This document shows, piece after piece, positions 20,222 to 33,516 of a stretch of 64,000 bases of DNA. The stretch lies in the NCBI GenBank assembly GCA_965218865.1, contig CBDCME010000027.1, positions 14,991 to 78,990 of the forward strand. Direction: 5' to 3'. Under the pieces are notes generated by a model. That model saw only the letters and a list, made by a program, of their open reading frames with translations, ran no database searches and was not told the DNA's origin. Origin of the DNA: Alphaproteobacteria bacterium (GTDB lineage Bacteria > Pseudomonadota > Alphaproteobacteria > JAAXGF01). A program made the translations under genes and the position numbers. How positions within the stretch are numbered: the stretch's first letter is position 1; every line of letters starts with the position of its first letter.

Positions 20222-21400
20222 ATGGGGGAGGTTCAAATCAACAATCTCACCCTGAACTTCGGGCCGCAACACCCTGCCGCCCATGGCGTTCTGCGCTTGG
20301 TTCTGGAGATGGACGGAGAAGTCGTCGAACGTGCCGACCCGCATATCGGTCTGTTGCACCGGGGCACCGAAAAACTGATCGAGAGCAAGACCTATCTCCA
20401 GGCCGTTCCCTATTTCGACCGCCTCGACTACGTCTCGCCGATGTGCCAGGAACACGCCTTCGCCCTTGCCGTCGAGAAGCTCCTCGATGTCGAAGTTCCT
20501 CCACGCGCTCAATACATTCGTGTCTTGTTTTCCGAGATCACTCGAATTCTCAATCATATTTTGAATCTTTCGGCTTTTGCCATGGACGTCGGCGTCATGA
20601 CACCGATGTTATGGGGATTCGAGGAGCGTGAACGGCTTTTGGAGTTCTACGAGCGGGTTTCCGGGGCGCGTTTCCATTCCGCCTATTTTCGGCCGGGGGG
20701 CGTCCACCAGGATCTCCCGGCGGGACTCACCGACGACATATTCGATTTTTGCGAGAAATTTCCGAGCTTTATCGACGACGTGGAAGTCTTGCTCACGAAC
20801 AATCGGATATTTCGCCAACGTACCGTCGACATCGGGGTCGCGACCGCCGAGCAGGCGTTGGACTGGGGTTTCAGCGGACCGATGCTTCGCGCTTCCGGCA
20901 TCGCCTGGGATCTGCGCAAGGCGCAGCCCTACGAGGTTTACGATCGCATGGAATTCGCGGTACCGGTCGGCAAGAACGGGGATTGCTTCGATCGCTATCT
21001 GGTGCGGCTCGAGGAAATGCGTCAGAGCCTGAAAATAATCCGTCAATGCCTCGAACAAATGCCCGAGGGCCCCATCAAGACGCTGGATCGAAAGATCGCG
21101 CCGCCGCCGCGCGCCGAAATGAAACGCTCTATGGAAGCCTTGATTCATCATTTCAAGCTTTACACGGAAGGTTACGAGGTGCCCGCGGGCGAGACCTACA
21201 CGGCTGTCGAGGCGCCAAAGGGCGAATTCGGCGTTTATCTGGTCTCCGACGGCACCAATCGGCCTTACCGCTGCAAAATTCGAGCGCCCAGCTTCGCCTT
21301 CCTTCAAGCCACCGATTTCCTTTCCAAGGGCCATATGTTGGCGGACGCCGTCGCCATCATCGGGGTCATGGACATCGTCTTCGGCGAGATCGACCGATGA
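20222..21400 (+). CDS. nuoD: NADH-quinone oxidoreductase subunit D
   Basis: 49-kDa subunit, 392 aa. Confidence 0.9.
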   Translation: MGEVQINNLTLNFGPQHPAAHGVLRLVLEMDGEVVERADPHIGLLHRGTEKLIESKTYLQAVPYFDRLDYVSPMCQEHAFALAVEKLLDVEVPPRAQYIRVLFSEITRILNHILNLSAFAMDVGVMTPMLWGFEERERLLEFYERVSGARFHSAYFRPGGVHQDLPAGLTDDIFDFCEKFPSFIDDVEVLLTNNRIFRQRTVDIGVATAEQALDWGFSGPMLRASGIAWDLRKAQPYEVYDRMEFAVPVGKNGDCFDRYLVRLEEMRQSLKIIRQCLEQMPEGPIKTLDRKIAPPPRAEMKRSMEALIHHFKLYTEGYEVPAGETYTAVEAPKGEFGVYLVSDGTNRPYRCKIRAPSFAFLQATDFLSKGHMLADAVAIIGVMDIVFGEIDR

Positions 21401-21987
21401 AACATACAAAGGCATTTTCCCTTACCGCCAAGAACCTTAGGCAGGCGAAAAAGATCATCGCCCGTTATCCGAAAGGTCGTCAGGCCAGCGCGCTCATGCC
21501 CCTGCTCGATCTGGCGCAACGGCAGAACGGCGGTTGGTTGTCGAGGGAAACGCTGGATTACGTCGCCGGGTATTTGGACCTGGCGCCGATCCGTGTCTAC
21601 GAGGTGGCAACTTTTTACACGATGTACAATCTTGCACCCGTGGGGCGGCACTTGGTTCAGGTATGTACCTGTACGCCCTGTTGGCTGCGGGGATCGGACG
21701 CCATTGTCGAGGCTTGCCGCGAGATGCTCGGGGTTGGGTTCGGCGAGACCACGGACGACGGTTTCGCGACCCTGGTCGAGGTCGAATGCCTCGGTGCCTG
21801 CGTCAACGCGCCGATGATGCAGATCAACGACGATTTCTACGAGGATCTCGACACCAAATCGGCGACGAAGGTACTGACAGCGCTGAAACGCGGCGAAGCG
21901 CCCAAGGTCGGGCCCCAAAACGAGCGACGTTCGTCGGAACCCGTGACCGCAACCCTGCAAATCAACGAACCACCCAAGGGCCAGTGA
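21397..21987 (+). CDS. nuoE: NADH-quinone oxidoreductase subunit E
   Basis: 24-kDa subunit with 2Fe-2S cysteines in [10 protein letters not shown] and CLGAC. Overlaps the nuoD stop. Confidence 0.85.
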   Translation: MKHTKAFSLTAKNLRQAKKIIARYPKGRQASALMPLLDLAQRQNGGWLSRETLDYVAGYLDLAPIRVYEVATFYTMYNLAPVGRHLVQVCTCTPCWLRGSDAIVEACREMLGVGFGETTDDGFATLVEVECLGACVNAPMMQINDDFYEDLDTKSATKVLTALKRGEAPKVGPQNERRSSEPVTATLQINEPPKGQ

Positions 21988-23276
21988 TGTTAGCGGATGG
22001 CGACAGAATCTTTACCAACCTCTATGGATTCGAGGATTGGAATCTGCCGGCGGCGCGCAAACGCGGCGACTGGGACGGCACCTCGGAACTCATCGCTAAG
22101 GGCGCCGAGGAGATTATCGAGGAAATCAAGGAATCCGGGTTGCGAGGTCGGGGCGGCGCGGGCTTTCCGACCGGACTTAAATGGTCGTTCATGCCGACGA
22201 TCTCAGACGGACGCCCCAGTTACCTCGTCGTCAACGCCGATGAGGGCGAACCGGGAACCTGCAAGGATCGCGATCTGATGCGGCACGACCCGCACAAGCT
22301 CATCGAGGGCTGTCTCTTGGCGGGTTTCACCATCGGCGCGCGCGCCGCCTACATTTACATTCGCGGCGAGTTTCACGCCGAGGCCGAGGTTCTCGAGGCG
22401 GCCATCGCCGAAGCCTATAAGGCCAAGCTGATCGGCCAGAACGCGTGCGGCACCGGATTCGATTTCGATGTTTACGTTCATCGGGGGGCGGGGGCCTACA
22501 TTTGCGGCGAGGAAACGGCGCTGATCGAAAGTCTCGAGGGCAAGAAGGGGCAACCCCGTTTGAAGCCGCCTTTCCCCGCCATGGTCGGGGTTTGGGGCTG
22601 TCCAACGACCGTGAACAACGTCGAAACCATTGCCGTCGTCCCGACGATCCTGCGCCGGGGCGCCGAGTGGTTCAGCGACATGGGCCGGCCCGGGAACTCG
22701 GGAAGCAAGGTCTTCTGCATTTCCGGGCACGTCAACGCGCCCTGCAACGTGGAAGAGGAAATGGGGATCCCCTTGCGCCAACTCATCGAAAAGCACGCCG
22801 GCGGCGTTCGCGGCGGATGGGACAATCTTCTCGCCGTCATTCCCGGCGGCTCCTCAGTCCCGGCGCTTCCGAAATCAATCTGCGACAGGGTGCTGATGGA
22901 CTTCGACAGCCTGGCCGAGGTCAAGTCGGGGTTGGGTACGGCGGCGGTGATCGTGATGGACCAGTCCACCGACATCGTCAAGGCCATCGCCAGGCTCGCG
23001 AAATTTTACATGCACGAGAGCTGCGGCCAATGCACACCGTGCCGCGAGGGAACCGGGTGGATGGCGCGGGTCATGGCGCGACTGGTGCGGGGCGAGGCCG
23101 ACGAGTCCGAAATCGACCTGCTCGACGAGGTGACGCGGCAAATCGAGGGGCATACGATTTGTGCCCTGGGTGATGCCGCCGCATGGCCGATTCAAGGTTT
23201 GATCCGCCACTTCCGCCCCGAGTTGGAGCGGCGGATCGCAAAACGCCGAGCCGACCGCGACGAGCGGGCGGCGTGA
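21987..23276 (+). CDS. nuoF: NADH-quinone oxidoreductase subunit F
   Basis: 51-kDa subunit with an FMN/NADH site ([13 protein letters not shown]) and 4Fe-4S cysteines [12 protein letters not shown]. Confidence 0.9.
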   Translation: MLADGDRIFTNLYGFEDWNLPAARKRGDWDGTSELIAKGAEEIIEEIKESGLRGRGGAGFPTGLKWSFMPTISDGRPSYLVVNADEGEPGTCKDRDLMRHDPHKLIEGCLLAGFTIGARAAYIYIRGEFHAEAEVLEAAIAEAYKAKLIGQNACGTGFDFDVYVHRGAGAYICGEETALIESLEGKKGQPRLKPPFPAMVGVWGCPTTVNNVETIAVVPTILRRGAEWFSDMGRPGNSGSKVFCISGHVNAPCNVEEEMGIPLRQLIEKHAGGVRGGWDNLLAVIPGGSSVPALPKSICDRVLMDFDSLAEVKSGLGTAAVIVMDQSTDIVKAIARLAKFYMHESCGQCTPCREGTGWMARVMARLVRGEADESEIDLLDEVTRQIEGHTICALGDAAAWPIQGLIRHFRPELERRIAKRRADRDERAA

Positions 23277-23286
23277 GGGATGGCTA

Positions 23287-25353
23287 ATGCCTAACATCAC
23301 GATCGATGGCCGGGAGTTCGAAGTTCCGACGGGAATTACCGTTTTGCAAGCATGCGAGGTCGTTGGCATCGAAATTCCCCGATTCTGTTATCACGAGCGC
23401 TTGTCGATCGCGGGGAGCTGCCGGATGTGCTTGGTCGAGATAGAACAGGTGCCGAAGCCGATCGCCTCCTGCGCCATGCCGGTCGGGGACGGCATGGTGA
23501 TCCACACGAATACCGAGAAGATCAAGCGGGCCCGCGAGGGCATCATGGAGTTCCTGCTCATCAATCATCCGCTCGATTGCCCCATATGCGATCAAGGCGG
23601 CGAATGCGATCTGCAGGACCAGGCCATGTCCTATGGCCGCGGCACGAACCGCTTCATAGAAAACAAGCGAGCGGTGAAGGACAAGGACCTGGGGCCTTTG
23701 ATCAAGACGGTCATGACCCGCTGCATTCATTGTACCCGCTGCATTCGCTTCGCGACCGAGATCGCCGGGGTCGAGGAACTCGGGGCGACGAGACGGGGCG
23801 AGCACATGGAAGTGGGCACCTACGTCGAGAAGGCGCTGACTTCCGAACTGTCGGCCAACATGATCGATCTGTGCCCGGTGGGGGCGCTGACATCGAAACC
23901 CTATGCCTTCATGGCACGCCCCTGGGAACTCCAGCGTACGGAATCCATCGACGTTCTCGACGCCGTTGGGTCCAACATTCGGGTCGATTCGCGCGGGCCG
24001 GTCGTGCTCCGCGTCCTCCCCAGCCTCAACGAGGACGTCAACGAGGAGTGGATTTCGGATAAGACTCGGTTTGCCTGCGACGGCTTGAGCCGTCAACGTT
24101 TGGACCGGCCCATGGTGCGGCGCAAGAAACGTCTCGAGGCGACCACCTGGGACGAAGCCTTTGGGGTCATCGCCACCCGTCTGGGGAAACTGAAGGGATC
24201 CCAGCTCGGTGCGATTGCCGGTGATTTGGCCGACGCCGAGGCGATGTGCGCTCTCAACGATTTGTTCGCCTCCCTGGATTGTCCCCATGTCGATTGCCGC
24301 CAGGACGGCGCCAAATTTGAGGGATCATGCCGGGCGGGATATCTCTTCAACACCACGATCGCGGGCATCGAACGGGCCGATGCCTGTCTATTGGTCGGCA
24401 CCAATCCCCGTTGGGAAGCTCCGCTGATCAACGCTCGGTTACGCAAACGCTCTCTTGCCGGCGGATTCCCGGTCGGTTTCGTCGGCGAGGCGGTCGATCT
24501 AACTTATAACGTCGATCATCTCGGCACCGGGCCGGACGTCCTGTTGGCCCTCGCCCACGGAGACCACCCCTTCGCGAAGACGTTGGAAACCGCCGAGCGG
24601 CCGATGATCGTCGTTGGGATGGGCGCGCTCAGCCGGGCGGATGGCGCCGCCATCCTTGCCGAGTCACGCGCGGTCGCCGAACGAAGCGGGATGGTCCGCG
24701 ACGATTGGAACGGTTTCAACGTGCTGCAAACCGCCGCCGCGCGGGTCGCCGGCCTGGATTTGGGCTTCCTGCCGCGCCCCGGCGGACACGACGTCGCGGG
24801 AATTCTCGACGCCGCCGGCAGGGGCGACATCGAATTGGTCTATCTGTTGGGCGCCGACGAGATCGATACGAAACGACTGGGCAAGGCTTTCGTCGTTTAT
24901 CAGGGTCATCACGGCGACGCGGGCGCCCGCCGGGCAAACGTCGTTCTCCCGGGAGCGGCGTATACCGAGAAAAACGCCACCTATGTGAATACGGAAGGCC
25001 GCCCCCAGCAAACCCGTTTGGCGCTATTTCCGCCCGGAGAGGCGCGCGAGGACTGGAAAATTCCGCGGGCGCTTTCGCAAGTGATAGGCAGGAAGCTTCC
25101 CTACGACACTTTGCCGCGGCTGCGCCGCCGGATGGCCGAGATCGCACCGTCGTTCGCGACACTCGACGGCGCAACCCCAGCGCAGTGGGGCGATTTCGGC
25201 ACTGGAGGCGCGATTGATTCGGCACCCTTCGTCAATCCGATCAGTGATTTCTACGTAACCGACCCGATCAGCCGGGCCTCCCCGACCATGACCGCGTGCT
25301 CGGCCAATATTCGAGACCCCAACGCGGCCCGGGCGACGGGTACCGATGGCTAG
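23287..25353 (+). CDS. nuoG: NADH-quinone oxidoreductase subunit G
   Basis: 75-kDa subunit with 2Fe-2S and 4Fe-4S cysteine clusters at the N-terminus. Confidence 0.9.
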   Translation: MPNITIDGREFEVPTGITVLQACEVVGIEIPRFCYHERLSIAGSCRMCLVEIEQVPKPIASCAMPVGDGMVIHTNTEKIKRAREGIMEFLLINHPLDCPICDQGGECDLQDQAMSYGRGTNRFIENKRAVKDKDLGPLIKTVMTRCIHCTRCIRFATEIAGVEELGATRRGEHMEVGTYVEKALTSELSANMIDLCPVGALTSKPYAFMARPWELQRTESIDVLDAVGSNIRVDSRGPVVLRVLPSLNEDVNEEWISDKTRFACDGLSRQRLDRPMVRRKKRLEATTWDEAFGVIATRLGKLKGSQLGAIAGDLADAEAMCALNDLFASLDCPHVDCRQDGAKFEGSCRAGYLFNTTIAGIERADACLLVGTNPRWEAPLINARLRKRSLAGGFPVGFVGEAVDLTYNVDHLGTGPDVLLALAHGDHPFAKTLETAERPMIVVGMGALSRADGAAILAESRAVAERSGMVRDDWNGFNVLQTAAARVAGLDLGFLPRPGGHDVAGILDAAGRGDIELVYLLGADEIDTKRLGKAFVVYQGHHGDAGARRANVVLPGAAYTEKNATYVNTEGRPQQTRLALFPPGEAREDWKIPRALSQVIGRKLPYDTLPRLRRRMAEIAPSFATLDGATPAQWGDFGTGGAIDSAPFVNPISDFYVTDPISRASPTMTACSANIRDPNAARATGTDG

Positions 25354-26356
25354 TTTGTGGGAAGGATATATCTGGCCGGGCGCACTCATCGTCGCGCAGA
25401 TCGTCGCGATTCTCGTTCCTCTGTTGCTCGCGGTCGCTTATCTCACCTACGCGGAACGCAAGGTCATCGGGGCCATGCAATTACGCAAGGGGCCCAATGT
25501 CGTCGGCCCCTTCGGCCTTCTCCAGCCCATCGCCGACGCCCTGAAACTGTTGGCCAAGGAAACCGTGGTGCCCAGCGGCGCCAACCGGATCGTGTTCATT
25601 CTGGCGCCGGTGATCACATTCGTTCTCAGTGTCGTCGCCTGGGCGGTGATTCCTTTCGGCGAGGGCTTGGTCCTGTCCGATATCAACGTCGGAATCCTGT
25701 ACCTCTTCGCGATCTCGTCGCTCGGGGTATACGGGGTCATTCTCGCGGGCTGGGCCAGCAATTCGATGTACGCCTTCCTTGGGGCGCTTCGCTCCGCCGC
25801 GCAGATGGTTTCCTACGAAATCTCCATGGGCTTCGTGATCATCACCGTCTTGATATGCGTTGGCTCGTTGAATCTCAGTGACATCGTCATGGCACAGCGA
25901 GGCCTCTGGTACTTCATTCCGCTGTTCCCGATGTTCATCGTGTTTTTCATTTCGACCCTGGCGGAGACCAACCGCCATCCCTTCGATTTGCCGGAAGCCG
26001 AGGCCGAACTGGTCGCGGGCTACAACGTCGAGTATTCCGCGATGCCCTTCGCCCTGTTTTTCCTCGGCGAATACGCGAACATGATCCTGATGTGCGGGAT
26101 GACAACGGTTCTCTTTCTTGGCGGCTGGCTGCCACCGTTCGACATCGCGCCGTTCAACCTGGTACCTGGACCGATTTGGTTTTTTCTGAAAGTAGCGTTC
26201 TTGCTCTTTTGTTTTCTTTGGATTCGGGCAACTTTCCCGCGCTACCGTTACGACCAACTCATGCGTCTCGGCTGGAAGGTTTTTCTTCCTATTTCCCTTA
26301 TCGCCGTGGTTGTCACCTCGGCGACTGTTCTGGCCTTCGACTTGGTGCCGAATTGA
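25346..26356 (+). CDS. nuoH: NADH-quinone oxidoreductase subunit H
   Basis: Polytopic membrane subunit, 336 aa. Confidence 0.9.
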   Translation: MASLWEGYIWPGALIVAQIVAILVPLLLAVAYLTYAERKVIGAMQLRKGPNVVGPFGLLQPIADALKLLAKETVVPSGANRIVFILAPVITFVLSVVAWAVIPFGEGLVLSDINVGILYLFAISSLGVYGVILAGWASNSMYAFLGALRSAAQMVSYEISMGFVIITVLICVGSLNLSDIVMAQRGLWYFIPLFPMFIVFFISTLAETNRHPFDLPEAEAELVAGYNVEYSAMPFALFFLGEYANMILMCGMTTVLFLGGWLPPFDIAPFNLVPGPIWFFLKVAFLLFCFLWIRATFPRYRYDQLMRLGWKVFLPISLIAVVVTSATVLAFDLVPN

Positions 26357-26386
26357 GCGATTCCGCACCCAGCAGTGGAGGGGACA

Positions 26387-26875
26387 ATGTCGTTTCTTGA
26401 CGGTGGGGCGCGGGCCCTGTTGTTGACCGAACTGGTTTCGGGCATGGCTCTTACGCTGAAGTATTTTTTCCGCCGTAAGGTGACGTTGAACTATCCGTAC
26501 GAGAAAGGGCCGTTGAGCCCGAGATTCCGAGGTGAGCACGCCTTACGGCGCTACCCGAACGGCGAGGAACGCTGCATCGCTTGCAAGCTGTGCGAAGCGA
26601 TTTGCCCGGCCCAGGCAATTACTATTGAAGCCGAGCCACGCGCCGACGGCAGCCGGCGCACGACCCGGTACGATATCGACATGACCAAATGCATTTATTG
26701 TGGATTTTGTCAGGAGGCCTGCCCCGTCGATGCGATCGTCGAGGGACCCAATTTTGAATTCGCCACGGAAAGCCATGAGGAGTTGCTTTACGACAAGGAA
26801 AAATTGCTTGCCAACGGAGACCGATGGGAATCCCAAATCGCCGCCAACCTCTCTTCCGACGAACCCTACCGATAA
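26387..26875 (+). CDS. nuoI: NADH-quinone oxidoreductase subunit I
   Basis: Two 4Fe-4S ferredoxin motifs, [12 protein letters not shown] and [15 protein letters not shown] lies behind a GGAGGGG ribosome-binding site. Confidence 0.85.
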   Translation: MSFLDGGARALLLTELVSGMALTLKYFFRRKVTLNYPYEKGPLSPRFRGEHALRRYPNGEERCIACKLCEAICPAQAITIEAEPRADGSRRTTRYDIDMTKCIYCGFCQEACPVDAIVEGPNFEFATESHEELLYDKEKLLANGDRWESQIAANLSSDEPYR

Positions 26876-26922
26876 GCGATCATGAGCACTCAAAATCCTC
26901 TGATTCGGCGGCATCGTCGACG

Positions 26923-27531
26923 ATGATCCTAGAAGCGCTCGCATTCTATATGTTCGCGGGATTCGCGATTGCTTCCGCCGTGCCCGTGATAGCCGCACGC
27001 AACGCGGTTCATTCGGTCATGTTCTTGATTCTCGCCTTTTTCAACTCGGCCGGGTTGTTCGTGTTGCTGGAGGCGGAGTTCCTGGCGATGATTCTCGTCG
27101 TCGTTTACGTCGGCGCCGTGGCCGTGCTTTTTCTCTTCGTCGTCATGATGCTCGACGTCAACGTGGCGACCCTTGGCGAGGGTTTTTTGCAATATTTACC
27201 GACTGGCAGCTTGGTCGGCCTGATCCTGCTCGCCGAATTGGCGGTGGTGGTTGGCGCTTGGTCATTGACACCGGAAATCCGTGAAGTCGCGACCAGCCCG
27301 GTGCCGACCCAGTTGACCAATACGGAAGCGCTCGGAACGGTAATCTACACCGATTACATTCTCCTCTTTCAAACCGCCGGGCTGATTCTCCTGGTCGCCA
27401 TGGTGGGGGCGATCGTTTTGACCCTGCGGGTACGCTCGGGAACCCGCAAGCAGCGGATCGGGGCCCAAGTCGGCCGGCGTCGCGAGCAGGCCGTCGAATT
27501 ACACGACGTGCCGCCGGGGGAGGGCGCCTGA
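26923..27531 (+). CDS. nuoJ: NADH-quinone oxidoreductase subunit J
   Basis: Membrane subunit with start at MILEAL. Confidence 0.8.
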   Translation: MILEALAFYMFAGFAIASAVPVIAARNAVHSVMFLILAFFNSAGLFVLLEAEFLAMILVVVYVGAVAVLFLFVVMMLDVNVATLGEGFLQYLPTGSLVGLILLAELAVVVGAWSLTPEIREVATSPVPTQLTNTEALGTVIYTDYILLFQTAGLILLVAMVGAIVLTLRVRSGTRKQRIGAQVGRRREQAVELHDVPPGEGA

Positions 27532-27839
27532 TGGATATCGGTCTCGCCCATTATCTCACCGTCGCCGCGATCCTGTTTACGCTTGGCGTTCTCGGAATCT
27601 TCATCAATCGCAAGAATATCATCATCGTCTTGATGTCGATCGAACTCATGTTGCTGGCCGTCAACATCAACCTGGTGGCCTTCTCCACCGCCCTGGGGGA
27701 TCTCGCCGGTCAAGTATTGGCGATCTTCGTCCTGACCGTCGCGGCCGCCGAAGCGGCGATCGGTCTCGCCATTCTGGTGGCATTCTTCCGCAATCGTGGT
27801 TCGATCGCGGTCGAGGACGTCAACCTGATGAAGGGCTGA
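27531..27839 (+). CDS. nuoK: NADH-quinone oxidoreductase subunit K
   Basis: 102-aa membrane subunit. Start overlaps the nuoJ stop. Confidence 0.85.
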   Translation: MDIGLAHYLTVAAILFTLGVLGIFINRKNIIIVLMSIELMLLAVNINLVAFSTALGDLAGQVLAIFVLTVAAAEAAIGLAILVAFFRNRGSIAVEDVNLMKG

Positions 27840-27843
27840 GCCG

Positions 27844-29775
27844 TTGAGCGCGGTGTACCTGGCGTCCGTGTTCCTACCCCTCCTCGGCGCGATAATTTCG
27901 GGATTTTTCGGACGCTTCATCGGTGTACGGGCCGCGATGGTGACGGCAAGCGCTCTCGTGGGCGTGCCGATGTTGCTATCTTTTTTCATTTTATACTGGT
28001 CGGTACAGGGTCGGGAACAGACCGTCGAAGTGTCCACCTGGATCGATTCGGGAGCGCTGGAGGCTTCGTGGGCGCTCCGATTCGATGTCCTCACGGCGGT
28101 CATGGTCTTCGTCGTCACCACCGCCTCGTTCCTGATCCACGTCTATTCAATCGGTTATATGGACAGCGACCCGCGTAAACCACGGTTCTTCGCGTATTTG
28201 AGCTTGTTCACCTTCAGCATGTTGATGCTGGTCAGCGCCGACAATTTCGTCCAGCTTTACTTCGGTTGGGAAGGTGTCGGCCTGTGCTCGTATCTCTTGA
28301 TCGGTTTTTGGTACACCCGTCCGGCGGCAAATGCCGCGGCCATCAAGGCATTTGTCGTCAACCGTGTCGGTGACTTCGGATTTGCCTTGGGGATATTCGC
28401 GGTATTTTTCGTTTTCAGATCCGTGGGCTTCGATGAAGTCTTTGGGGAGGTGACGAAACACGTTGATTCGACGATCGTGTTTCTGGGCTACGAGGTCCAC
28501 GCCTTGACGCTGATCTGCCTTCTGCTGTTTGTCGGCGCGATGGGAAAGTCCGCGCAACTCGGCCTGCACACTTGGTTGCCGGATGCCATGGAGGGTCCGA
28601 CCCCGGTATCGGCGCTTATCCACGCGGCAACGATGGTGACGGCGGGGGTTTTCATGGTCGCGCGCCTGTCGCCGTTATTCGAGCACGCGCCCGTGGCCCT
28701 GATGGTCGTGACCGTGGTCGGTGCCTCGACGGCGTTTTTCGCCGCCACCGTCGGGGTCACGCAAACCGACATCAAGCGCGTCATTGCCTATTCGACGTGC
28801 AGCCAACTCGGCTACATGTTTTTTGCTTGCGGTATCTCGGCATATCCTGCGGCGATTTTTCATCTGATGACCCATGCCTTCTTCAAGGCACTCCTATTCC
28901 TCGGCTCGGGTTCCGTGATCCACGCGATGTCCGACGAGCAGGACATGCGCAAGATGGGTGGACTTTGGAAATTGATCCCATGGACCTACGGTTACATGTG
29001 GGTCGGCAGCCTGGCCTTGGCCGGGTTACCCCTTTTCTCCGGGTACTATTCGAAGGACATCATCATCGAATCGGCTTTCGCGGCCGGAGGCGGGGTGGGG
29101 CTTTACGCCTTTTGGCTCGGCATTATCGCTGCATTCCTCACCGCATTCTACTCGTGGCGCCTGTTGATATTGACGTTCCACGGCGCGCCCCGGGCCGATG
29201 AAAAGGTCATGGCCCACGTCCACGAATCACCCTTGATGATGACGGTGCCGCTTTTCTTTCTCGCGGTCGGCGCCGTTTTCGCCGGATATTTCGGGACCAG
29301 CATGGTCGCCGAGGGCGGCGAGTTTTGGCGCGGAAGCATTGTCGTGTTGCCCGAACACACGGCCTTGGCGGACGCACATCATGTCCCGTTCTGGGTCAAG
29401 ACACTGCCCATCGCCGTCGCCCTCGCCGGAATTCTGTCGGCCACGATTATCTACGGCATAAATCCGCGCGTCGCACCGTTCCTCGCGGACAAGATGCGGC
29501 CACTACACACCTTCCTATACAACAAGTGGTATTTCGACGAGATCTACGACGCGCTGTTCGTGAAACCGGCGAACTACCTCGGCCGGGGACTTTGGAAAGC
29601 GGGAGACAATGCCGTGATCGACGGCGTCGGCCCGGACGGGATCGCGGCCGCGGCCATGGGCTTGGCGCGGCGCGTGATACGATTACAGACCGGTTTTCTT
29701 TACCACTATGCCTACGCGATGTTCATCGGGGTCGTGTTGCTCGTGACATGGTACCTGCTCTGGGCTGGGGGCTAA
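27844..29775 (+). CDS. nuoL: NADH-quinone oxidoreductase subunit L; true start is probably the GTG at 27853
   Basis: Antiporter-like subunit with a long C-terminal helix. Confidence 0.85.
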   Translation: MSAVYLASVFLPLLGAIISGFFGRFIGVRAAMVTASALVGVPMLLSFFILYWSVQGREQTVEVSTWIDSGALEASWALRFDVLTAVMVFVVTTASFLIHVYSIGYMDSDPRKPRFFAYLSLFTFSMLMLVSADNFVQLYFGWEGVGLCSYLLIGFWYTRPAANAAAIKAFVVNRVGDFGFALGIFAVFFVFRSVGFDEVFGEVTKHVDSTIVFLGYEVHALTLICLLLFVGAMGKSAQLGLHTWLPDAMEGPTPVSALIHAATMVTAGVFMVARLSPLFEHAPVALMVVTVVGASTAFFAATVGVTQTDIKRVIAYSTCSQLGYMFFACGISAYPAAIFHLMTHAFFKALLFLGSGSVIHAMSDEQDMRKMGGLWKLIPWTYGYMWVGSLALAGLPLFSGYYSKDIIIESAFAAGGGVGLYAFWLGIIAAFLTAFYSWRLLILTFHGAPRADEKVMAHVHESPLMMTVPLFFLAVGAVFAGYFGTSMVAEGGEFWRGSIVVLPEHTALADAHHVPFWVKTLPIAVALAGILSATIIYGINPRVAPFLADKMRPLHTFLYNKWYFDEIYDALFVKPANYLGRGLWKAGDNAVIDGVGPDGIAAAAMGLARRVIRLQTGFLYHYAYAMFIGVVLLVTWYLLWAGG

Positions 29776-29781
29776 TCGCCG

Positions 29782-31293
29782 ATGACCGATTTCCCGCTCC
29801 TCTCGCTGACGATCTTCTTGCCTCTGACGGGGGCTGTCTTCGTCCTCATCATCAAGGGAGAGGCAGAGATCGTCGCCCGCAACGCGCGTAACGTCGCGTT
29901 ATGGACATCGGCCATGACGTTCGTCGTTTCGCTCATGCTGTGGAACGGCTTCGACTCCGAAATATCGGGATTCCAGTTCGTTGAAAAGGTCGCGTGGCTG
30001 CCGACGTTCGGCATTTTCTACCACGTCGGAATCGACGGCATTTCCTTGTTCCTGATCTTATTGACCACTTTTCTCACTCCGCTCTGCGTTTTGGCGAGTT
30101 GGGACGCTATTACCAAACGCGTCAAGGAATTCATGGTTGCCTTCTTGGTATTGGAAGCAACTATGATTGGGGTTTTCTCATCTCTTGACTTCGTTTTGTT
30201 CTATTTATTTTTTGAAACGATGCTTATCCCCATGTTTTTGATTATCGGTATTTGGGGTGGGCCAAGGAGAGTTTACGCGGCGTTCAAGTTTTTCCTTTTT
30301 ACCTTAGTGGGTTCGGTTCTTCTCTTGCTCGCCATCCTGACGATGTACTTCAAGGCCGGAACGACGGACGTGCCTAAGTTGATGGATTTCGCGTTCAACC
30401 CCGATCTGCAGCGCTGGCTGTGGCTCGCGATGTTCGCGTCCTTCGCCGTCAAGGTTCCAATGTGGCCGCTCCACACCTGGCTTCCGGACGCCCATGTCGA
30501 AGCGCCGACAGCCGGTTCGATGGTGCTGGCCGGTGTTCTCCTCAAGATCGGTGGTTATGGGTTTTTGCGTTTCTGCCTGCCGATGTTGCCCGAGGCGACC
30601 GTGTTCTTCACCCCCTTGATCTACGCCTTGAGCGTCGTCGCGGTGATCTACACCTCGCTCGTTGCCCTGGCGCAGGAGGATATGAAAAAGCTCATCGCCT
30701 ATTCGTCCGTCGCCCATATGGGATTCGTCACGATCGGTATTTTCACCCTCACGGTCCAGGGCGTCGAAGGCGCCATCTTGGTCATGCTGAGCCATGGATT
30801 CGTTTCCGCCGCCCTGTTTCTTTGCGTCGGAGTCGTTTACGACCGGATGCATTCACGCATGATTTCACGCTACGGTGGGCTCATCCACCGGATGCCGGTC
30901 TATGCCTTCATATTCATGGTATTCACGCTGGCGTCGGTGGGCCTTCCCGGAACCTCGGGTTTCGTCGGCGAGCTCCTGGCGCTCGTCGGTGCCTTCGAGG
31001 CCAACACATGGGTCGCCACGTTGGCGACGATCGGGGTGATCCTGGCGCCAGCCTACATGCTTTGGCTCTATCGCCGGGTCATATTCGGAGATTTGACCAA
31101 GGACGACCTAAAATCGATCCTTGACTGCAATCCCCGGGAAATCATTACCTTCGCCCCGATGGTGGCCTTGGTGTTCTTGATGGGTGTTTATCCGGAGCTG
31201 TTCTTGTCGTTCATCCGGCCGGCCGTGGTCGAATTGCTGGCGCAATCGGCGGTTTCCGCCGATCCGGCGGCCACCGCCTTGCTCGCTCATTGA
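29782..31293 (+). CDS. nuoM: NADH-quinone oxidoreductase subunit M
   Basis: Antiporter-like subunit, 503 aa. Confidence 0.9.
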   Translation: MTDFPLLSLTIFLPLTGAVFVLIIKGEAEIVARNARNVALWTSAMTFVVSLMLWNGFDSEISGFQFVEKVAWLPTFGIFYHVGIDGISLFLILLTTFLTPLCVLASWDAITKRVKEFMVAFLVLEATMIGVFSSLDFVLFYLFFETMLIPMFLIIGIWGGPRRVYAAFKFFLFTLVGSVLLLLAILTMYFKAGTTDVPKLMDFAFNPDLQRWLWLAMFASFAVKVPMWPLHTWLPDAHVEAPTAGSMVLAGVLLKIGGYGFLRFCLPMLPEATVFFTPLIYALSVVAVIYTSLVALAQEDMKKLIAYSSVAHMGFVTIGIFTLTVQGVEGAILVMLSHGFVSAALFLCVGVVYDRMHSRMISRYGGLIHRMPVYAFIFMVFTLASVGLPGTSGFVGELLALVGAFEANTWVATLATIGVILAPAYMLWLYRRVIFGDLTKDDLKSILDCNPREIITFAPMVALVFLMGVYPELFLSFIRPAVVELLAQSAVSADPAATALLAH

Positions 31294-31306
31294 GCCGGAG
31301 AGAATA

Positions 31307-32755
31307 TTGGCTGATTTGTCGGACATTTATCCAGCGACGGCGGAGATTTGGCTCGCAATCGCCGGAATGTCCATGCTCATGTTCGGCGTTTTCCGGGGGA
31401 ACGCGGCCACGATGATCGTGGCCTGGATGGCTGTCGCCGCCTTTTTCGTCGCGTTCTCCTTGGTTTGGGACCTGCCCGACGAACGGGTGAAGTTGTTTGG
31501 CGGCCTGTTCGTCGTCGACGGATTCGCCGCCTTCATGAAAGCGCTCGTCCTCACGGGTTCCCTGCTCACCCTGGTTCTTTCCCTGGGCTATATCGAGCGC
31601 GAACGCATGTATCGCTTCGAATACCCGGTCCTCGTCGTGTTCGCGACTCTCGGCATGCTCGTCATGATCTCGGCCAACGATCTGATGACACTCTATATCG
31701 GCCTCGAATTACAGAGTCTGGCACTTTACGTCTGCGCGGCCTTCCAGCGGGATTCCCTGCGTGCCACCGAGGCGGGCCTGAAGTATTTTGTCCTCGGATC
31801 TCTTGCCTCTGGCATGCTCTTGTATGGGTGCTCGATGATTTACGGATTCACTGGGACGATGCGGTTCGACCTCCTGGCGGAGCTGTTCGGTGAAGGCGGT
31901 AACGGTCAAGTCTCGACGGGATTGCTCGTCGGCCTCGTATTCTTGACGGCGGGACTGGCCTTCAAGATTTCGGCGGTGCCTTTCCATATGTGGACGCCCG
32001 ACGTTTACGAGGGGGCGCCCACGCCGGTCACCGCGTTCTTCTCGGTCGCTCCAAAGGTGGCCGCGGTGGCGTTGATTCTGCGCGTTTTCGCCCATCCCTT
32101 CGGTGACCTCGCGGATTATTGGCAGCAGATCATCGTCGTTATCTCCGTCGGCTCGATGCTGGTCGGAGCCTTTGCCGCCCTGGCCCAGACAAACATCAAG
32201 CGGCTGATGGCGTACAGCTCCATCGGTCATGTCGGTTACGCGCTCGTCGGCCTGGCCGCGGCAACGCCGGCCGGCGTGTGCGGCGTCTTGATCTATATGT
32301 TGATTTATGTGTTCATGAACGTCGGCACCTTCGGCTGCATTTTGGCGATGCGGCGTCAAAAGCGGATGGTCGAGGGAATCGCCGATCTCGCGGGGTTGGT
32401 GAAGTCCAATCCGGCGATGGCGTACGCGTTGGCGGCATTCATGTTCGGTTTGGCGGGAATTCCCTTGTTCGCGGGTTTTTTCGGCAAGTTGTATGTCTTT
32501 TTAGCCGCCATCGAGTCCGAGCTGTACACGCTCGCCATCATCGGTGTTTTGACCAGCGTCGTGGCCGCGTATTATTACTTACGGATCGTCAAGGTGATGT
32601 TGTTCGACGAGCCGGCCGAGCCGTTCGACCGACCGGCTGGCCATGAATTGGCGTCGGTGATCGCCGTTACCTGTCTGTTTACGGTGTTTTTCTTCGTCTT
32701 TCAGTCGCCCTTCATTTCTGGCGCCAAGGCCGCCGCCGAGTCGCTGTTTCCGTGA
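31307..32755 (+). CDS. nuoN: NADH-quinone oxidoreductase subunit N
   Basis: Antiporter-like subunit. Likely TTG start preceded by a GGAGAG ribosome-binding site; the long ORF from 31184 overlaps the nuoM 3' end in a different frame. Confidence 0.8.
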   Translation: MADLSDIYPATAEIWLAIAGMSMLMFGVFRGNAATMIVAWMAVAAFFVAFSLVWDLPDERVKLFGGLFVVDGFAAFMKALVLTGSLLTLVLSLGYIERERMYRFEYPVLVVFATLGMLVMISANDLMTLYIGLELQSLALYVCAAFQRDSLRATEAGLKYFVLGSLASGMLLYGCSMIYGFTGTMRFDLLAELFGEGGNGQVSTGLLVGLVFLTAGLAFKISAVPFHMWTPDVYEGAPTPVTAFFSVAPKVAAVALILRVFAHPFGDLADYWQQIIVVISVGSMLVGAFAALAQTNIKRLMAYSSIGHVGYALVGLAAATPAGVCGVLIYMLIYVFMNVGTFGCILAMRRQKRMVEGIADLAGLVKSNPAMAYALAAFMFGLAGIPLFAGFFGKLYVFLAAIESELYTLAIIGVLTSVVAAYYYLRIVKVMLFDEPAEPFDRPAGHELASVIAVTCLFTVFFFVFQSPFISGAKAAAESLFP

Positions 32756-33516
32756 GCACCTCAGCGGAATTGCCGCCAGGCTATCGCTTGATCGCCCTCG
32801 ACGAGGTGGTCAGCACCAACGACGAGGCCAAGCGCCTCGCCGTATCGGGTGCCGGAGAGGGAACCGTTATTTGGGCCCGCAGCCAGCGAGGAGGGCGTGG
32901 CCGCCGCGGCAGGGCGTGGATATCACCCCCCGGAAACCTTTATCTTTCCATCATTTTGCGGCCCGAATGCGCCCCTTCCGAAGCGGCCCAATTATCCTTC
33001 GTCGCCGTCGTTGCCCTCGGCGAAACTCTGGAGCCCTTGCTACCATCCGCTACGGCGCTGAAGTTCAAATGGCCCAACGACGTCATGATCAGCGGCCGCA
33101 AGGTCTCCGGAATCCTGTTGGAGACGGCCACGACCGGGTGGGCGGCGCTGGAATGGGTGGTTGTTGGTGTCGGTCTCAACGTCTCCAGCCACCCCACCGG
33201 GATTTCGGCGCCGGCGACCTCTCTCCTCGCGGAGAGCGCGGAAGAATGTGAACCCACGAGGTTGATCGGAGCGTACTGCCGCAACTTCAAGAATTGGTAC
33301 GATCGTTGGCGGGAAGGCGGATTCCCGCCCTTGCGCGCGGCTTGGCTGCAAAGGGCCATGGGAATTGGAGAACAGTTGCAGATAAACCTTGAAGGCGTGC
33401 CGTTGGCCGGGAAAGCGGTGGCCCTTGACGCGGCCGGCGCCTTGATCGTTGAAACCACTTCCGGAGAAAGGCGGGCGATCACCGCCGGCGAAGTATTTTT
33501 CGGAGGCGATGGATGA
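32752..33516 (+). CDS. birA: biotin--[acetyl-CoA-carboxylase] ligase lacking an N-terminal HTH
   Basis: GRGRRGRAW biotin-AMP binding motif. Confidence 0.8.
   Translation: MSTSAELPPGYRLIALDEVVSTNDEAKRLAVSGAGEGTVIWARSQRGGRGRRGRAWISPPGNLYLSIILRPECAPSEAAQLSFVAVVALGETLEPLLPSATALKFKWPNDVMISGRKVSGILLETATTGWAALEWVVVGVGLNVSSHPTGISAPATSLLAESAEECEPTRLIGAYCRNFKNWYDRWREGGFPPLRAAWLQRAMGIGEQLQINLEGVPLAGKAVALDAAGALIVETTSGERRAITAGEVFFGGDG

Noticed and set aside
20609-26539. Several 160-350-aa ORFs inside the nuo operon (20609-21415, 22203-22796, 23284-24288, 25481-26539 and others)
   Set aside because: All are antisense or off-frame to conserved nuo genes.
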